DNA of 64,000 nt from Camelus ferus (GCF_009834535.1 NC_045697.1:80974001-81038000), one strand, 5' to 3'; numbered from the stretch's first letter, positions 28,136 to 42,874 are shown. Notes: generated by a model from the sequence alone, not told the origin. A program made the numbers and translations.

Positions 28136-29689
28136 GGTACCCCCCCCCACCACCAATCATCTCTGTGTAGGATTCTCTCACAGTCCAGGCATTCTTTGCC
28201 TCGAATGGTTGGCGCTGACAAAGGATGCAGTGTTATTGGTTTCTCAGCCGCACTGGCCCCCTCTCAAGGCTTCTATTTTGTGGGAAGAGAAAGGAGTAGA
28301 TTTGGGTCATAGGCTGCCGTCAGGGCAGATCTGGTGCTAACCTCTGCAGCCTGGTCTGTCCCTAGGCCTCGGAGCTGTTAAAGATTTCCCTCGGGGTCAG
28401 TCCAGATTCTGATGTCCTCAAAATGAAGCCTAGACAGGGTAGGGGTGGGCCTGTGCCACCCCAGCTCTTAATTAGATATTCTTTCATTGGTTCTAGAGTG
28501 ATTACCTTTTAAAAGTCTGCTTTTGCATTTCTGAAATTGGGATGTGTTTTACATTGGCTACAATTAATAAGGTGTTTCTGTTTGTTTTGGGTAGGAAGCT
28601 AAGTGTATCAAAAAGGAGTCACCCAAGTCACCCAATGATTATCTTTTCTGAAAGTCTCAAGATCCTGCTTTCAACTCTCATTCTTTGAATATTTTTCCAC
28701 TATCTTCCGTTTTCTCGACATTCGTCATATCAAAACATTACCTAAAGTTATTGAACGTTTTATACCCTGGGAGTGTTTGTTCCCCCAATCTAACACTGGT
28801 ACCCATTTTGGTTTCTGTTCCATCCCCATCTCCTGTCTCACAGAGTAGGGCGACTTCACCCTGCTCATTTTGAACTGTGCTACCTGGAGGGAAGTGGGGA
28901 GGGGGTTAGAAGAGATACTTTCTGTGGTTGCTTTATTCTTCCCACAACCAAGCCAAGGTATTTGGTGTATAATTACTCTAGCAAAAGAAATTCGGCAGTA
29001 CAAGAAAACATATCACGTGTACCGGGTCATGATCAAAAAAAAAGGAAGTATGTTAATATGTAGCATTTGATTATGATAAATATATTATCCATATTTCTTT
29101 ATTATGCTAACTTTTTCCACAAAGGGCTTAAGACGCTTTACTTACTTAACTCTACAAGAAGATAAAATGATTATTCTTATTGTGAGGTTGTCTTTTGAGA
29201 AGCTACATAGCGAAGTGTAGGTAAGTGTCTAAACTGGTTACTTTAATTGCACAGAAATGGAATTATTCATGGTCATAGAGTGAGAGAAGCACCTGACTGT
29301 TGCTTCTTTCCTGCCTCATGTTTGACCCACTATGTGATGATTTTGCTGTTATTTACATTTTGGAAATGACAGATTCCTTCCCCTAGACAATGAGCAGGAA
29401 AAACCCTAGATACAAGCTCTGGATTGGGGCCTGAGTCTGGGAAGCTCTCTGCAGAGCCCAGACCTCCACGCTCTGCTCCTGCTGCGCCACCTAGTGGAGC
29501 CTTGTGTGCAGCGCTGGCCAATTAGGTATAAAATGCTGACTGCATTTCTGAGCTCATGGGGTAGGTGAAGTAACGTGTTTATTCTGTACATATATGCTCA
29601 CATGTCCATAACATACGTGAGTGTACTAGAAGTGGTCCTGATAGTAAATGGCAGTTGATGTGTTAAAAAAAACAAAGTCCTTAAATGAA

Positions 29690-30130
29690 TAGTAGTGATA
29701 AATCTAACACTGCAAATATTAAAATGTACTATAAAAGCACAATAAATAAAACTCTTTGACACAGGCACAGGAATGAACAGACAGACCAGTGGGACAGAGT
29801 AGAATTTAGGAATTACTGAGACAACAAATAAATGAGGACAAGATGAAATATTCAGTATTGTTGAGAAGGCTGACTGATTAAAAATAAAGATGGATCCCGG
29901 TCTCATTCTTTCCCCAAAAAAATTCCGGATGAGGAAAGGTTAAAAATTAAAGAAATGAAATTATATAAAATTACTAAAGGAAAGTATGGATATTTAAAAG
30001 ATAGTCTAAAAGTGGGAAAAGTTTGCGAAGTAAGACAATAAACCCAGGGACCACTTAGCAAAAAAAGAAGTTGACATAAAAATATGGAATACTTAAAGGT
30101 AAATACTACATTTAATTCTTAAGTTAAAAT
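29690..30130 (+). mobile_element. Very old L1 ORF2 fragment
   Basis: Degenerate match to the ORF2 YYKA...RQTDQWDRVE region. Confidence 0.6.
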
Positions 30131-30219
30131 GAATTAAATGATAATATATTGACAGCATCTAATAGAGTGCTGCGTAGACCATGGAGAGAATAAGAGGTGA
30201 AAACAGTTTGAATTTGTAT

Positions 30220-31140
30220 TTGATTAACCATATGAAGCGAAACATCTTTCCGTGTTTATCCCATTTGCTTTCCGTCTGTGAAGTGAATGTTTTCCCAAGT
30301 GGTTTGTGTTCTTCCCCTCATTATGTTGTTTTAGACATTAGTCCATTATTATATGTGTTACAAGTACTCATGCATTGATTTATCTTTCTTTGGTTTTAAA
30401 TGTCTTTCATACTATAGATTTTGATTGTTCCCTGGTTATATCGATCAGTCTTTTCTATTTATGACCTCTGGGCTCTGTGACTGGCTCCAGAAGGTCTTCC
30501 CCACCCAGATGCAATAATATTAATTTTGTGGGTTTTCTTTAAGTATTTCATATATTTTAATTCATTTAACTTTTTAATCTTTCTGTATTTTGTATTAGTG
30601 GAAGGACCTCTAACTCATTATTTTTTCCGAGTTCATGGCTGGATGTCCTCCGTTCTCTGCTGATAAACCCTGACTTCCTACCTGCCAGGCAGTCTCTCTG
30701 TCACCTCATTGCTCTCTCTTCCCCTGGTACTGAAGACGTTCACTGTGATGGTTCTAGATTCTAAAGTACATTTTAGTATCTTGAAGGATAAGCCCTCTCT
30801 CTGTTCTTTTTCAAAATTTTCTTGGCCTTTCTTATATATTTTCTTTTCTAGATGAATTTTAGACTCAGCTTTTCAAGTTCTGTGACAAAGAACAATCCTT
30901 TTGGAATATAGGCTGAGGATGCATTGAACTTAATTTTGTAAAAAATTAGCATCTTCTTAACATCGATGTTTCCTTCCCGGTGCATGTTACATCTCTTCGT
31001 GTGAACAGGTTTTCTTTTTTGTCCTTTGGCAAAATTTTCTTATTTTCTTTATGTGCATCTTATATATTTTGTTAGGTTTACTCTACTCTTAGATATGTGT
31101 GATTTTTGTTGATATTGTGAGGTGTTTTGTTCTGTTTTGC
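30220..31140 (-). mobile_element. Very old L1 ORF2 fragment
   Basis: T-rich antisense L1 pattern (gaattttagactcagcttttcaagttc...gcattgaact), homologous to parts of the L1 at ~15300-16250. Confidence 0.6.
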
Positions 31141-33989
31141 TATTTCAGGTCAATTTTTAAAAATTGATATTTGCCCCAAGGATGGGAGATTCTAAAGTGC
31201 CTATATTTTTAGCTGTGGTAGGCTTCTAGAATTGGTTTTTGGTTTTCGTTTTTTACATTAATCACATTTATTATGAAGGACGTTTTCCTTTGTGAAGAGT
31301 TGTTATTAAATCAATTTATACTTTATAATTGATAAGGTCTTAAATTCCAGAAAATACTGCATACTTGTGTAGAGTTGAGATGCCCCTGGCGTCCCAGTCC
31401 TTTGGAGAGCTAAACACATTTTCTTGAAATTCCAGTTCCAAAGTCTTCACCCTGAGTTGAGCAAATTCTAGATCCCTTCAGCCTCTGGCTCTTGCATCTT
31501 CTCACACCAGCTGAAGGTCACTTTCGCAGCCAAACCCAAACCCAGCCCCTTCTGTGTTCCCACGAAACATCAGCCACACCAAACATTCTGTGACTTTAGG
31601 CTGCGGGTTGGAGTCTGCTGGGAGGTGGCCCATCCAGGACCAGCCAGGTGTCCCTCCCTCACTCCCTCTGCTCCAGCCTCTCACTTCCTCTCTTCTGCCT
31701 TCAGCTCAGGACATAGCAGTAGGGGTATCACCTAGGGCCTCACTCTCCCCTCCAAGCCAAGTGGAATATGATCCAAGATGCTGAGTACTTTCCCTGAAGG
31801 GAACCATAATGAATAATCTTTTCTCTACTCCCTTCCATTTCAATAAAGACGTTATACTTGAATATATTTGTGTGATGGTTAATGACTACAGTAGGAAAAA
31901 AGCTGGACAGATAGGTTTATGGATTTCATTTTATATCATGCAAAACAAAGAACAAACAACTGGAGAAGATTTTATACTAGCTATGTATGAAGTCAGTTGA
32001 AGCCCAAAGACCTTTTAAGTCCCTGGGAAACAAAATTTAAATAATGTTATTCCCCTACGGCTTTGTATTTCTGAATGTAAACGTTTTGTAAATGGCATTG
32101 ACCCTGAAAGTTTTATCTTTAGAGAATTGAATAGTAGGTGATAAATTATTTGAAAACAAACCGTAGGGAGAAAATACCATATGTATTCAAATCATTCTAC
32201 TCCGCAGCATTTATATCTGTGTTAAGTAGGTCTGGCTTAAGACTATATAGGAAAGGGAAATTCTCAATCAGTTTGTTTTGTTTCTTTGAATCCACAGCTC
32301 ACACTGTTAAATTTTCAGCACATGTGATATTCTTGGTAAATGTAGTAGAATATAAGTTAGAAGCTTTAATCCACAGTTGATGTATTCTCTATGTCTTATC
32401 TATATTCATTAATAAATAGAGTTTCCTGGAAAAGTAAGTGTTTTGATAACAATAAATGATTATAACCTGTTTTACTCACTCAGTAGCCAGAAGGGTGCCC
32501 CTCCTTTCCGTCTTGGTCTTCTAACAACACTGTTCACTAATTCACTGGGGGCATAAAATGTGTTCCCCTTCTCCCTGCTAAGAATAAATGTGATAGAGCC
32601 AGTTAACGCAGATCTCATTAAGTGATAAAAAGAAAAGTAAAGAGGAAAGAAGCAAAAAAAAGAAAGGCAGAGAGAGGCCTAACGTTCCATGTTAAAAAAT
32701 ACTCAGCTCTGAGCTACGCGGTGAGGCCGTTGTGATGGTACTTCTTACTGAGCAGTTACCTCCCAGCTGCAAATCAGATTAAGCCAGAAAGTGGTGTGAA
32801 ATTAAGACAGCGAGGGTGACAGTCATCGCAGTGACTTCTTCCTCCTGAACGAGAGAGCTGCAGGGTCTGAGACGTCACCCTGGCAGCTCACTCTGCGCCT
32901 TCTGAATACAAAGTGGGTCTGTCCCCTTTTTCGCGACTACATCATGGCATAGGTGTTGCCGACAGACAGCATGTTTGTTTTCCTTACGTGGAATTATGAG
33001 TTCTTCAAAGTGCTGTGGCTTTATTAATTTTCATATGGGAAACTGCAGCTCAGTGTCTCTGACAAAGACTTATTCAAAGGGACAACTTACCGTAAAAACA
33101 AGCTCATGCCTGCAGAATAAAATAAAGCAAGGGTGGTATCCCTTCTAACAAACTGCTTTCACTTTCAGTAAAGTGCACCAGACTGGCAGAGATGTGTTAA
33201 CGTGTCTTCCTGTGAAACGAATAATTCCTGCAGTTTGAGGGTGGTCTCTGCTTAACATCAGACCTGCTGTGGCCCTGCGTCTGTCCGCCGTAGGTGGATG
33301 TGTTTGAGGACTTAGCGTTTTCCCACACAGTGAGGGAAAGCGATTGCTCAGGGACTTCCAGAACCCTGGATGCCTGACTGTAGAGCATGTATGATTTCTA
33401 TTCTGTGAGAGTTGAAGAAATAATTAGAGAAATAGTGAAACTTGTTAGGCCTCTGGATCTTTGGAACTATTAGCTACTTTCTTCTCTTCCTCAGTCGTAT
33501 AATACAGTATGCTCTTCAGAGATGAAAATTATCAAGCTTAGACTAAGATAAAATGAGCCTCTCCTAAAATAAAAATCTCCCTGGGTGGGTGTGTCGGGGG
33601 GGTGGTAGTTAATTATTTTGTCATCTGTCCAGTCTACATCTTTTACTTATATCCTCATACAGATTTATCTCTGACCATGTTTTAAAACATCAGTTTCAGT
33701 TTTTTTCTTATGTCTGAGATATCAGGCCATTAGCTACTGATTTTTTGTTGTTGTCGTTATTTACTGTGCTTGCCAAATTAACTATCTGCCCATCCTTATT
33801 TTAGTTAGCATTGTCAGATGAAATATTTTAAAGGACAGCATTTATTTAAAGGAAAATAGTATGTCTTCTTCACTTTCCGATTGTTTAAGAAAATTATCTG
33901 AAAGCTTTTTAAAAACTGGGCTGTTGATAACACTGATTATGAACTATATGATCCTTTTGTAAAAGTAACTGCTGCATTTTGATTTATAG

Positions 33990-34132
33990 GATCTCCAAAG
34001 GTGGGTAAATGGTGCTAATGAACATGGCTTTGTCCTGGTATCTTTCGGAGCTGGTGTCAAGTATCTGTCAGACGATATCGCTAACAAACTGGCCGGAGCT
34101 CTGGGAAGATTGCCCCAAAAAGTGATTTGGAG
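33990..34132 (+). CDS. UGT8: UGT8 internal coding exon (143 nt), DLQRWVNGANEHGFVLVSFGAGVKYLSDDIANKLAGALGRLPQKVIW(R)
   Basis: Acceptor gatttatag|GAT, donor AG|gtaagg. The translation carries the UGT 'VLVSFG...LPQKVIWR' motif and matches mammalian UGT8 as I recall it. Phase 0 to phase 2. Confidence 0.97.
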
Positions 34133-35608
34133 GTAAGGCAATAATGTAGGTTGTTTCTTCTCTGTGGATTTTCAGTATCCTCTTGCTTAGCCCACAGGTC
34201 TGAGTAGTGCCCAGCACATTGTTGGTTCCTCAGCAAGATTAGTAGGATGCCCCTGACTTTTCACTTTGTTTCCTAGTGTATTGAAATCTAGGGACTTATT
34301 TATAATATTGTGTAATGATAAAGAGACGTCTAGCCCATAGCATAGAAAGCAGATACGATGCACAATGATTTATCCTTGTGACGGGTGCACTTTTATGTTA
34401 CCCTCATTTACCCTTCTCTTATTAATTATCATTTTTAAAATGTGTAATTGCATGCCTTTCTACATACTCCTTCAAATGAGTCAGTGTTGGAATGAGGTAG
34501 AAAATGATGGGTGAATGACTTAGTAGATAAAATATTTCGTGGAAACTTTTGGGCTTCCTTTTCGTTTATAAATGCTTTCGATTTCTTTTATCCAAGAGAC
34601 CAGACCTTTAAAAACACAGTAACTTGCCAGTTAATGCCAACTGAAACAGACCCATGTGATTACCCCAGCTTCCTTTGGGAGGCCCTGCCAACATGTGTCT
34701 GTCTCTGGGATTTCTAACCCCATGTGTGAAAATCGGACCTGAACTCTTATTTAGCGTGTGTTTATTTAGTACCTGCCCCCACCACTGGGGGGAGCGCTTT
34801 ACGGGTACAGCGGTGAACAACGTCGGCACCACCGTCTCAAGCCACACAAGTAGGCTCTGAGTAATCCGGGTTTTCCTTTGTAACAGCTGTGTGAGGATTA
34901 GCTCCTGCTTCTCCCGGCTGAGCTCTGAAATGGATACATATTTTATTCCAACCTTTCAAGCCTTATCCCTTTGGATTCCAGCCCTATTAGATTTCCTCCA
35001 CTAGGGTTAGCCCAAAACCTGCTTTATTTAGGACAGTTTGTATCTGCTCATTTGAAACTCTTGCCATGTTCCCAGTTGTTAAGCACCTTTATGGTTTATC
35101 TTTCAAAGATCAAGGCAGGAAACAGCCTAATTAAGTCCTTTGCCCCCCAGAGCTATCTCTGGGGCCACGCTGGGGAAGGGTACTTGCTGCTTTCTTTCCA
35201 TTTTCACACCTCCCCTCAGGCTCTCAGTGTCAAGGACCTGAGCTATTGACCACCCAGGGGTGGTCCTCCCTGGTCCTTCCGGTTTCACCTTCTGGGTTCT
35301 GGTGGAAAATGATTTTCTAGCATAGGTTTATTGAGTTGCTTTCCCTCCATGTCTGTGCATAGGTGAGAAGGGCTGAAGGAAAATAGGTCTCAATTTAAGC
35401 AAAGCATTTCTTATTTAGCCCTCAATGAATGAAAATTTGAAAAAGAAGCTTAAATTTTTATTGTTACTAAAGCATGGTTTTCTTCTTAAAGAATAGTGAC
35501 AAAAGATCATGTAACATTTATTTTAAATCTAAAAATTTAACCAGAGAGCCCATACCAGGAGTAATGTTTGATTTTTGGAAGATTTCATTGTCTGCTATAC
35601 ATTTTCAG

Positions 35609-35685
35609 GTTTTCTGGAACGAAGCCCAAGAATCTAGGAAACAACACCAAGCTCATAGAGTGGTTACCGCAAAATGACCTACTTG
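35609..35685 (+). CDS. UGT8: UGT8 internal coding exon (77 nt), [25 protein letters not shown](G)
   Basis: Acceptor attttcag|G, donor G|gtatgt. Phase 2 to 1, compatible with both neighbours. Starts the UGT signature WLPQNDLLG. Confidence 0.97.
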
Positions 35686-38214
35686 GTATGTCATGACATG
35701 TGGGTGCCTACTGGGCTTTTAGATTTTAATTGTGTGAATGTGAGTTTTACACTTGAGTGGCTTGTACAGTTTGTGTGTAGTTTATGATAGAGTCATTCTG
35801 TCATCTAGCATCTTAAGTCCTAGATTTCAGACCCACAAGTCAGATATTTAGTCATTGGAGAATAATTTTAAAGTATAATCATTTGGGCCTATAAATTAAA
35901 ATTTTTACATAAGTCACAAATTTACATTTTCTGAAAAATATGCTGAACAATATATAAATTAGTGGTGTGTAAAGTTATACCTAGAGTTAGGCTGATCAGC
36001 TAAAAGTACTAAAATTAAAACAGTGAAAATTTAGATTTGTATTATAGTTTTATCACAGATGTATCTGAGAACCCAGGGAAATTTGAAGTTATTCATTTGT
36101 TTGAAACCACAGAGAAGCAGAAAGCCAAAGAAACAGTCAATTTGTTTTAACTTTATTTGGATTATCTGCCTCGATTTCCTCTTAAATCACTGGGCATTTT
36201 TTAATATTTTTTTCTTTTGATTTATTTACTTACTGGAGTTCTGATCCTCAACTCAAAATTAAAATACCAATTATGTGCATATCTTTTTTTGAATTATTTG
36301 AATCAAAATAATTCTCTTTAATAAGCACAGATAGTATTAAATTTCTAGGAAAACATAATGCCATATTGTCCTTTAAGATATTACTTATTAAGGAAATTAT
36401 AAAAATATTATTGATTTTGGCAATCTTGACCATCATTTATTTGTTCAATAATTCTAATCTAACAGATTATGTAAAAGCAGCTTTAAATTATGTTCCTAAA
36501 AATAGACTCTTGAGAAGTATCTTTTAGAAGCTCAGTTGACCCCCTAAAAACCTGCAAGTTAAATTTGTAACTAAAAAACAGTAAGAAATTATATATATAA
36601 AATTCCTATTCATCTACTTTATTATAAATATTATTCTATAAATGGTAAAACTGAGAAAAAAATAAGACAATTTACCTTTTTTGGTAATTGTATTTTCTTC
36701 CTTTTTGTCTTTGCTATTATGACTTCAGATTCCATAGAAGGTAGGAAAGAAGCAGGTAAGAGATCTTGGCCATCAGCCATCTCAGGGCAGCCCTGGGACA
36801 CAGCTGTCTGGGAACACTCAGCCTGGTCTCAAGGCTTTTCTTCCATGAGGCTCTACAGCAGGATGTAGCTACACCCAGAGGCCCTTCTCAAGTTCACTTC
36901 TCCTCTGGGTTCCTCAGACTCCCAGCTCTCTGCCTTTTCTGAGATTAGCATCCTTTTTAACTCTAGCCATGACCTTGGTGGGTCCTCTGTTGGTGTCTAG
37001 CTATGGTACAAGATTCCTCCAGGATGAGAGGCAGGAACCCAATCAGGGTCTTCCCCCCTCCACACACACACCTCCCCCTGCTCTCCACGCATCAGCTCTG
37101 CTTTATTTTTCATGGCTGGGCTTGGTGGCGGTAAGGTTTTGTTCAAAGGAAAAGGGTTCTGCTGCTGAAAAGAAAGCTTGAAATCCACCGCGAGGGCAGA
37201 TCCCTTCAGTGCGCTGAGTTAAGAAGCCACTTGTGGGTCAGGACGGCGAGAGACACTGAGTGACCAGCCCGCTAGATGTCAGAGTGGGAGAGTCCTGGAG
37301 CCCCACCAAGACCCAGGGTCACACACACAGTTCCCGTTTCACTTGACGTGGGTTTATTTGAAATATTTGTGTTTTTGCAAGCTGTAGTTCCTTCCTGGCC
37401 ATGGAAATACCCTTCCTGAGTGCAGTGTTTCTTTGTCTTACACCTCTTATGCAAGTCTTTCTGCTCACAAGGAGATCTGGACTTTTAAATACCTCATTAA
37501 TATTGAGAAATTATCTCTTTTATCCCCATGACAACTGGATGTGATAGGATGTCCCATCTCTTATAACTGATTTTTATAACTGTCTGTCCCCACTTGCATG
37601 TATACCTAAAATGTAAAATTGGACCCTAAGATTGTGAAGCCCAGGTGTGACGTGACTTGAATGGTGTGAATGCTGAGTGCTATGTGTGTGTTCTCCTCGG
37701 ATGAGCACGGAAACTCTTCACGGACATCTGGAATCCAGCCCCACATTTTTACATATTTTTTTTACAAGGTGTGTTTGACTTTAACATAGATAAATGCTTG
37801 AGGAACCAGAATGTGGGTGTCTGTGTTTAATAGAATGTGGTTGCACCCTGGTATTTGTCGTTGTTTCTTGCTTTCATTGACATCTTATTGATTACTGTCC
37901 ATTTGAATGCAGTGGACATTTTAAATCCCAGGTGATATTTGTGTTTTGAGAGAAGGTTGTAATATACTTCTTAAAGCTGTAAATGTTCAATACTTAAAAA
38001 AGGCTTTTAATTGATCCATACAAATCAGATAATTACGTATATAACAAGCATTGTAATTGGTATAGAGCAGGAATCAGTGAAATTATGCCTTTAAAAATCC
38101 TATATCTGAAATGCATGTTTATTATAATGTCAACATCTAAGAAATTTCTGGAACATCTCTTCCTAGAGTAATCTGCAATATTGTAAGTTGTTTTCTTCTT
38201 TAATGCTTCTTTAG

Positions 38215-38434
38215 GCCATTCAAATATTAAAGCCTTCCTGAGCCATGGTGGTTTGAATAGTATTTTTGAAACTATGTATCACGGTGTACCTGTAGTGGGA
38301 ATCCCACTCTTCGGAGACCATTATGATACTATGACCCGGGTACAGGCAAAGGGCATGGGGATACTGCTGGAGTGGAAGACGGTGACTGAAGGAGAGCTGT
38401 ACGAAGCACTAGTGCAAGTTATCAATAACCCCAG
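38215..38434 (+). CDS. UGT8: UGT8 internal coding exon (220 nt), HSNIKAFLSHGGLNSIFETMYHGVPVVGIPLFGDHYDTMTRVQAKGMGILLEWKTVTEGELYEALVQVINNP(S)
   Basis: Acceptor ttctttag|GC, donor AG|gtgagg. Contains the UDP-sugar-binding signature (HGGLNS...GIPLFGDH). Phase 1 to 2. Confidence 0.98.
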
Positions 38435-38669
38435 GTGAGGTTTCAACTCATATTAAAGCAGGTGAATCTGTCTACCACAGCATTTGTCAATAGCTGATTA
38501 TTGCCAATAGGTTGTCAGTAAACCAATTGTAGAAATATCCTTTAGGTTCCTGTGTATAATGCCTTGTGCATGTTTCTGTCATTTGAAAAATTAAAAAAGC
38601 AATCATTTAGCCAGACTTTGAATGATATTCTACCAAGATTTACCAAAGGGAAGGAAGAAGCTACCATAG

Positions 38670-38870
38670 GGGCCCTACAGTGTGTCAAAATTTGTGTTTA
38701 TCTCATTTTAATCCTCAGAAACTCTAGATCACCCTTTTCCTTTTTCGTATTGTAGAGATGAAGCATTTGAAGCTCAGAGAGCTTAAATAAGTTGCCCATG
38801 GTTGCACAGCTGTTGCAGTAGGAATTTGAGCCAGGACTGTCTGACTCCAAAGCCAGTGCTGTTTAACCAC
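38670..38870 (-). mobile_element. MIR SINE
   Basis: gaagctcagagagcttaaataagttgcccatggttgcacagct...atttgagccaggactgtctgactccaaagcc. Confidence 0.8.
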
Positions 38871-41800
38871 CTGGTGCTGGGTCTCCCTAACACAGGGTGT
38901 CCCTGAAACTCCGATTTATTTACTCAGGTGCATAACGAATTAGAATCTTTATTTTATTTTGTGTCTTAAATTCTTGATGTGTCTTGAGTTAACACCATTC
39001 ACAACTGAGCCTCAAAGGGTAGAGAGTTGGCCTGCGTAGTTTTACAACAAAGCAGCAGTTTTCCCATTTTTATGTGACATTTAGTTGATCTTACATTTCA
39101 AATGACGTTAAGGTCTGGAAGAGTGTGAACTTTTCCTGTTGAGAACCGGATATAATCTATTGTAACACTGGATTGAGAAACACTGCCAAGTCTAAGAAAC
39201 AACCAACAATAAGAAAAATTCTTTCATGTAAAACGATGTAGTTTTTATACCAAAGGCTGGATGCGAGCACACTGCGGTTCATTATGCTGCCCTGGGTGGG
39301 CTCAGAGGCAGCCTTCATGAGTTGATGACCCCTTAAAGGATCCAGCATCTGGGTCACAACTCCTGGTGCCTGGGGCTGTGTGTCCTGTGATCTGAGGTGC
39401 CTGAGTTTGGGACCCTTTCATCTGTGTTTCTTAGCTTTTCTTTTAAAAGTCTAGTGTTTTTCAAATCATGATGTTCACATGGAAAATTATGTATCTCATA
39501 CAGGCTTTCTTAGAAAGATTTGTAAAATGCCGCCCTCAAGAAGAGTTTGTAGGGGGTAGTGGCAGAGCTGCTGAGATCGGGTCTGTCATACAGAAAAAGC
39601 AAAAGGCTGGATTATCAACACGAAATGAGTCTGGCTGTGTTCTCTGAGGCATAAGAGGGGCCAAATCAGAGACCAGGCTACAGTCTTGGGTCACACTGCA
39701 GTTAAACCCCAGCTCTGCAATCTTTAAGTATATCTAAGTGCTTGATTTCAAAATAGTTTTTATTTTGTGCAGTGAATAAGTTTATGTCCTTCCCCAAAGT
39801 ATGCAGATGAGATAAATAAGAGACTTGCATATAACCCTTGAAAAGTTTAAATATTTAACTGAAGACTTTTGTAGGTTCAGGGTAGAAAGATGTCTTAGTC
39901 ACTATAAAAATGACAATAATCTGTGTAGGGTGTTCTTTGCTAAAAGTAATTATATGTAAACTGAAGTCATTTATCTTTATTTGTTTCAAATATATGACAA
40001 TGTTCCACATTTAACATGCAGTAATTATTGAAAAGGCTGATTTGATTCATTAAAATTGTATCCAGGCTATTGTAGTGCAAACGAAGTAACCAATATTGTT
40101 AAAAGATTATTACTTTTTTTTTTAACTTATAACTTAAAGCACATCTTCTTCCCTTACTTGTTGTTTGGATTTATCTAATAACAAGCTATTGCTTTTGTTC
40201 TTTAAAAGGAATTCTTTTGAATCTGGAGATTTTATTAAAGCAAGTTGTAGAGAAAGATAGGTAGTTAATTCTTACGAACTTAGCACATACCCAGCCTGTG
40301 ACTGTTAACTTTTAACAGGAGACATTTGGTCTTTTGTAAAATACAATGTGCAAGTCACGAAGTCCCTTACAAGATAATTTTGTTTTTTATTAAAGGGAGT
40401 TTTATCTAAGACATTGAAAGGAATAGTTTAGAAGTAGCCTAAGTGACCAGTTTAATCACACTGTTCTTTTCCCCCTACAATCTTCACATTCCTACTGGAA
40501 GAAATTTTGAATTGTAAAGCGAACTAGCTGAAAGGACAGTGCCACTTACCATTAAATTTAAGAACACTTCTCGCATGGACACTACCTCCTCCCCTTCAAA
40601 CTGACTGGTCAGTGAAATCCCCGATGCTCCTTCCCAGTTGATCCAATGGACTTGCTCCCTCTGAAAGGAAGAGTCTTAGAAGACTGGGTTGATGAGTAAA
40701 GACCCAGCTTTGCAGGTCCACTCCCAGGTGAGGGTTTAAGGGTCTGACTGACGAGTCCTCACTCTGTGCTCATGGAAACTGAGGCAGGGGAGGACTGGTC
40801 CCGGATCAGTGCACCTGTTGGAGTTCCATAGAAGGCACTGGATTTTTCAGCAGTGCCAGGAGTCAGAGTCCCCACAGAGGAATCCTTGTCACATGCAATC
40901 TGTGTATCATCTCTAAAGAATGGGTCATTTTCTCAGTGACATTAGGTGCCTGAGATTTTTTTTATCCTCCTTCTTTGTTGATATAGAAAGTTGACTTTAA
41001 TTTTCTAAGATACCATGTTTCATTTCTGTATTTTAAAGATGTCCTTGTACCCTGTGAGAAATTTCCCACGAAGCAGAGTACTCAGAAGTTTCTAATTTAT
41101 CTTTTGCCATCAGTTAGAAATAATGATAGGTTACAGAGCAAGGTGAGGATGGCCTCTTAATAGCTGGGTGAGATTTTACACTTTTAATACCACTGGGTTT
41201 ATTGTAGAACAGTCATTTTGTTGTGAGGCTGTTTTGATAGAGAAAATGTACTTTTTCTTTTTAATTTCTTATGTAATTATTAAAAAATATAAGAAAACAA
41301 TTTTAAGATAACAATAGTTAACCAACATTTTCCAGTGTTCTGTAGTTTTCTTACGAACTTTTCAATTCATGGCAGACGATATGACTTAGCAGAAAGATCA
41401 TGGACTTTGAGGGTCAGAACATTATGGCTGACTTTTTAGCTGTTCCACTTAGCAAATGTATGACATGGTCCTAACCATTTCAGCTCTTTCCTAATCTGCA
41501 GTATGAGGCTAATAATATTCCTCTCTTTTTCTCAATCTACGTGACTCTATAGAAAGAAAACTATAAGTAATAGCCTTGACTTGCTTTTTCTCTCAGTCCC
41601 AGCAAGACCCTACTGGGGTTTTTTTTCTTTTTTTTTTTTTTGCTTCTCAAATTTGTTCTTTTCACATTTGTTAAAGTTTAATGGTTAGGGCTAGAGCTAA
41701 GTCATAACCTCAAGAAGGTTATCCAGTCAGTGCATAAGTATTTATATTCATCAATAATTATGAATAGCATATGCAGTTAACTCATAGCTTTTTCATTAGG

Positions 41801-42874
41801 CACTAATGATCCCATAGCTCCAGCCTCACATTTCTAGCTGCTTTCTGGACCTCACCTTTCATTACATCCCCAAATAAGATCATTTCCCCCAGCCTGTCCT
41901 GTGTTCTGTGTTTCTGTATCCTGGCAGTGGCTACCAGGTGATCATCCAAGTTGGAAACATTGCAGTTATATCTGTTTTTTTTTCATTTCTTTGACATTTA
42001 ATCCAGACTCTTACTGACTCCTTGCCAGCTTTTCCACTACACCACTTCCCCTGTCTGTTTAATCCCACTGCCATTTTGACAAAGGGAGGGCAGTTTTCTT
42101 TTTGGCCATTAATGAGATCTTTTGAATGATCTTCCCAACATGTCTCTTTTTTTTTTTTTTTTTTTTTTTAATCCTCCCCAGAACTCTGGCTTAATAGCCA
42201 GTCTCTCTAATCTGTTGGTTCCTGGTTCTAAGAACCAGGCTACTTGTCATTCTGAGCACCCATGAACGAGGTTCACCTTCCAGCCTAACTTCCAACCAAA
42301 CAACCCTGTCCTGCACACTCTTTCCAAGTGAATTTGTTCTGGGATACTCTTGCTCGCCCACCTCCTGGTGGAAATTAGTTCTACGTTTAAATAATGCAAA
42401 CTCTAATCAGGGATCCATGCTCAAAAGGACTTTGGCCAAGTGTCAAAGATTGGCACACAAATGTGCAGTTACGTATTTTAAATTAAAGTGGTGATATAAT
42501 ATTTTATCACTTTTTGTGATTTTCCTCTGTAGTTGATTTATTAATCATTTAAGAGAGAGTTTTCTTTATACAGACACACATATATATACATACATAAATA
42601 GCTACAGCCTATAATGTCACATAAGTTTCAGAGTGCTTGTCAACTCCTTTTTGTCTGTTTAATAAACATAATAATCTCACACTATCACTTAATGTTATTT
42701 CAAGTCAGGACAAAATTAAATCTTGCTGCTAAAAGAAAAAGGTGTTGAGACAAAGTTCTGCCATTTTTCCTCCATCCCTCTCTTTTAGAATCTACTAAAT
42801 TTACCCCTCTTCCTGGCTGAGACTCACTGACTTAATAGAATTTACAAGCATATGGAGAGAGGGATTCCATGTGC

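Noticed and set aside
34522..34536. AGTAGATAAAATATT, resembling the 5' part of miR-577 (which I recall lies in a human UGT8 intron)
   Set aside because: Similarity stops after ~15 AT-rich bases and I see no complementary arm. No miRNA hairpin could be supported anywhere in the window.
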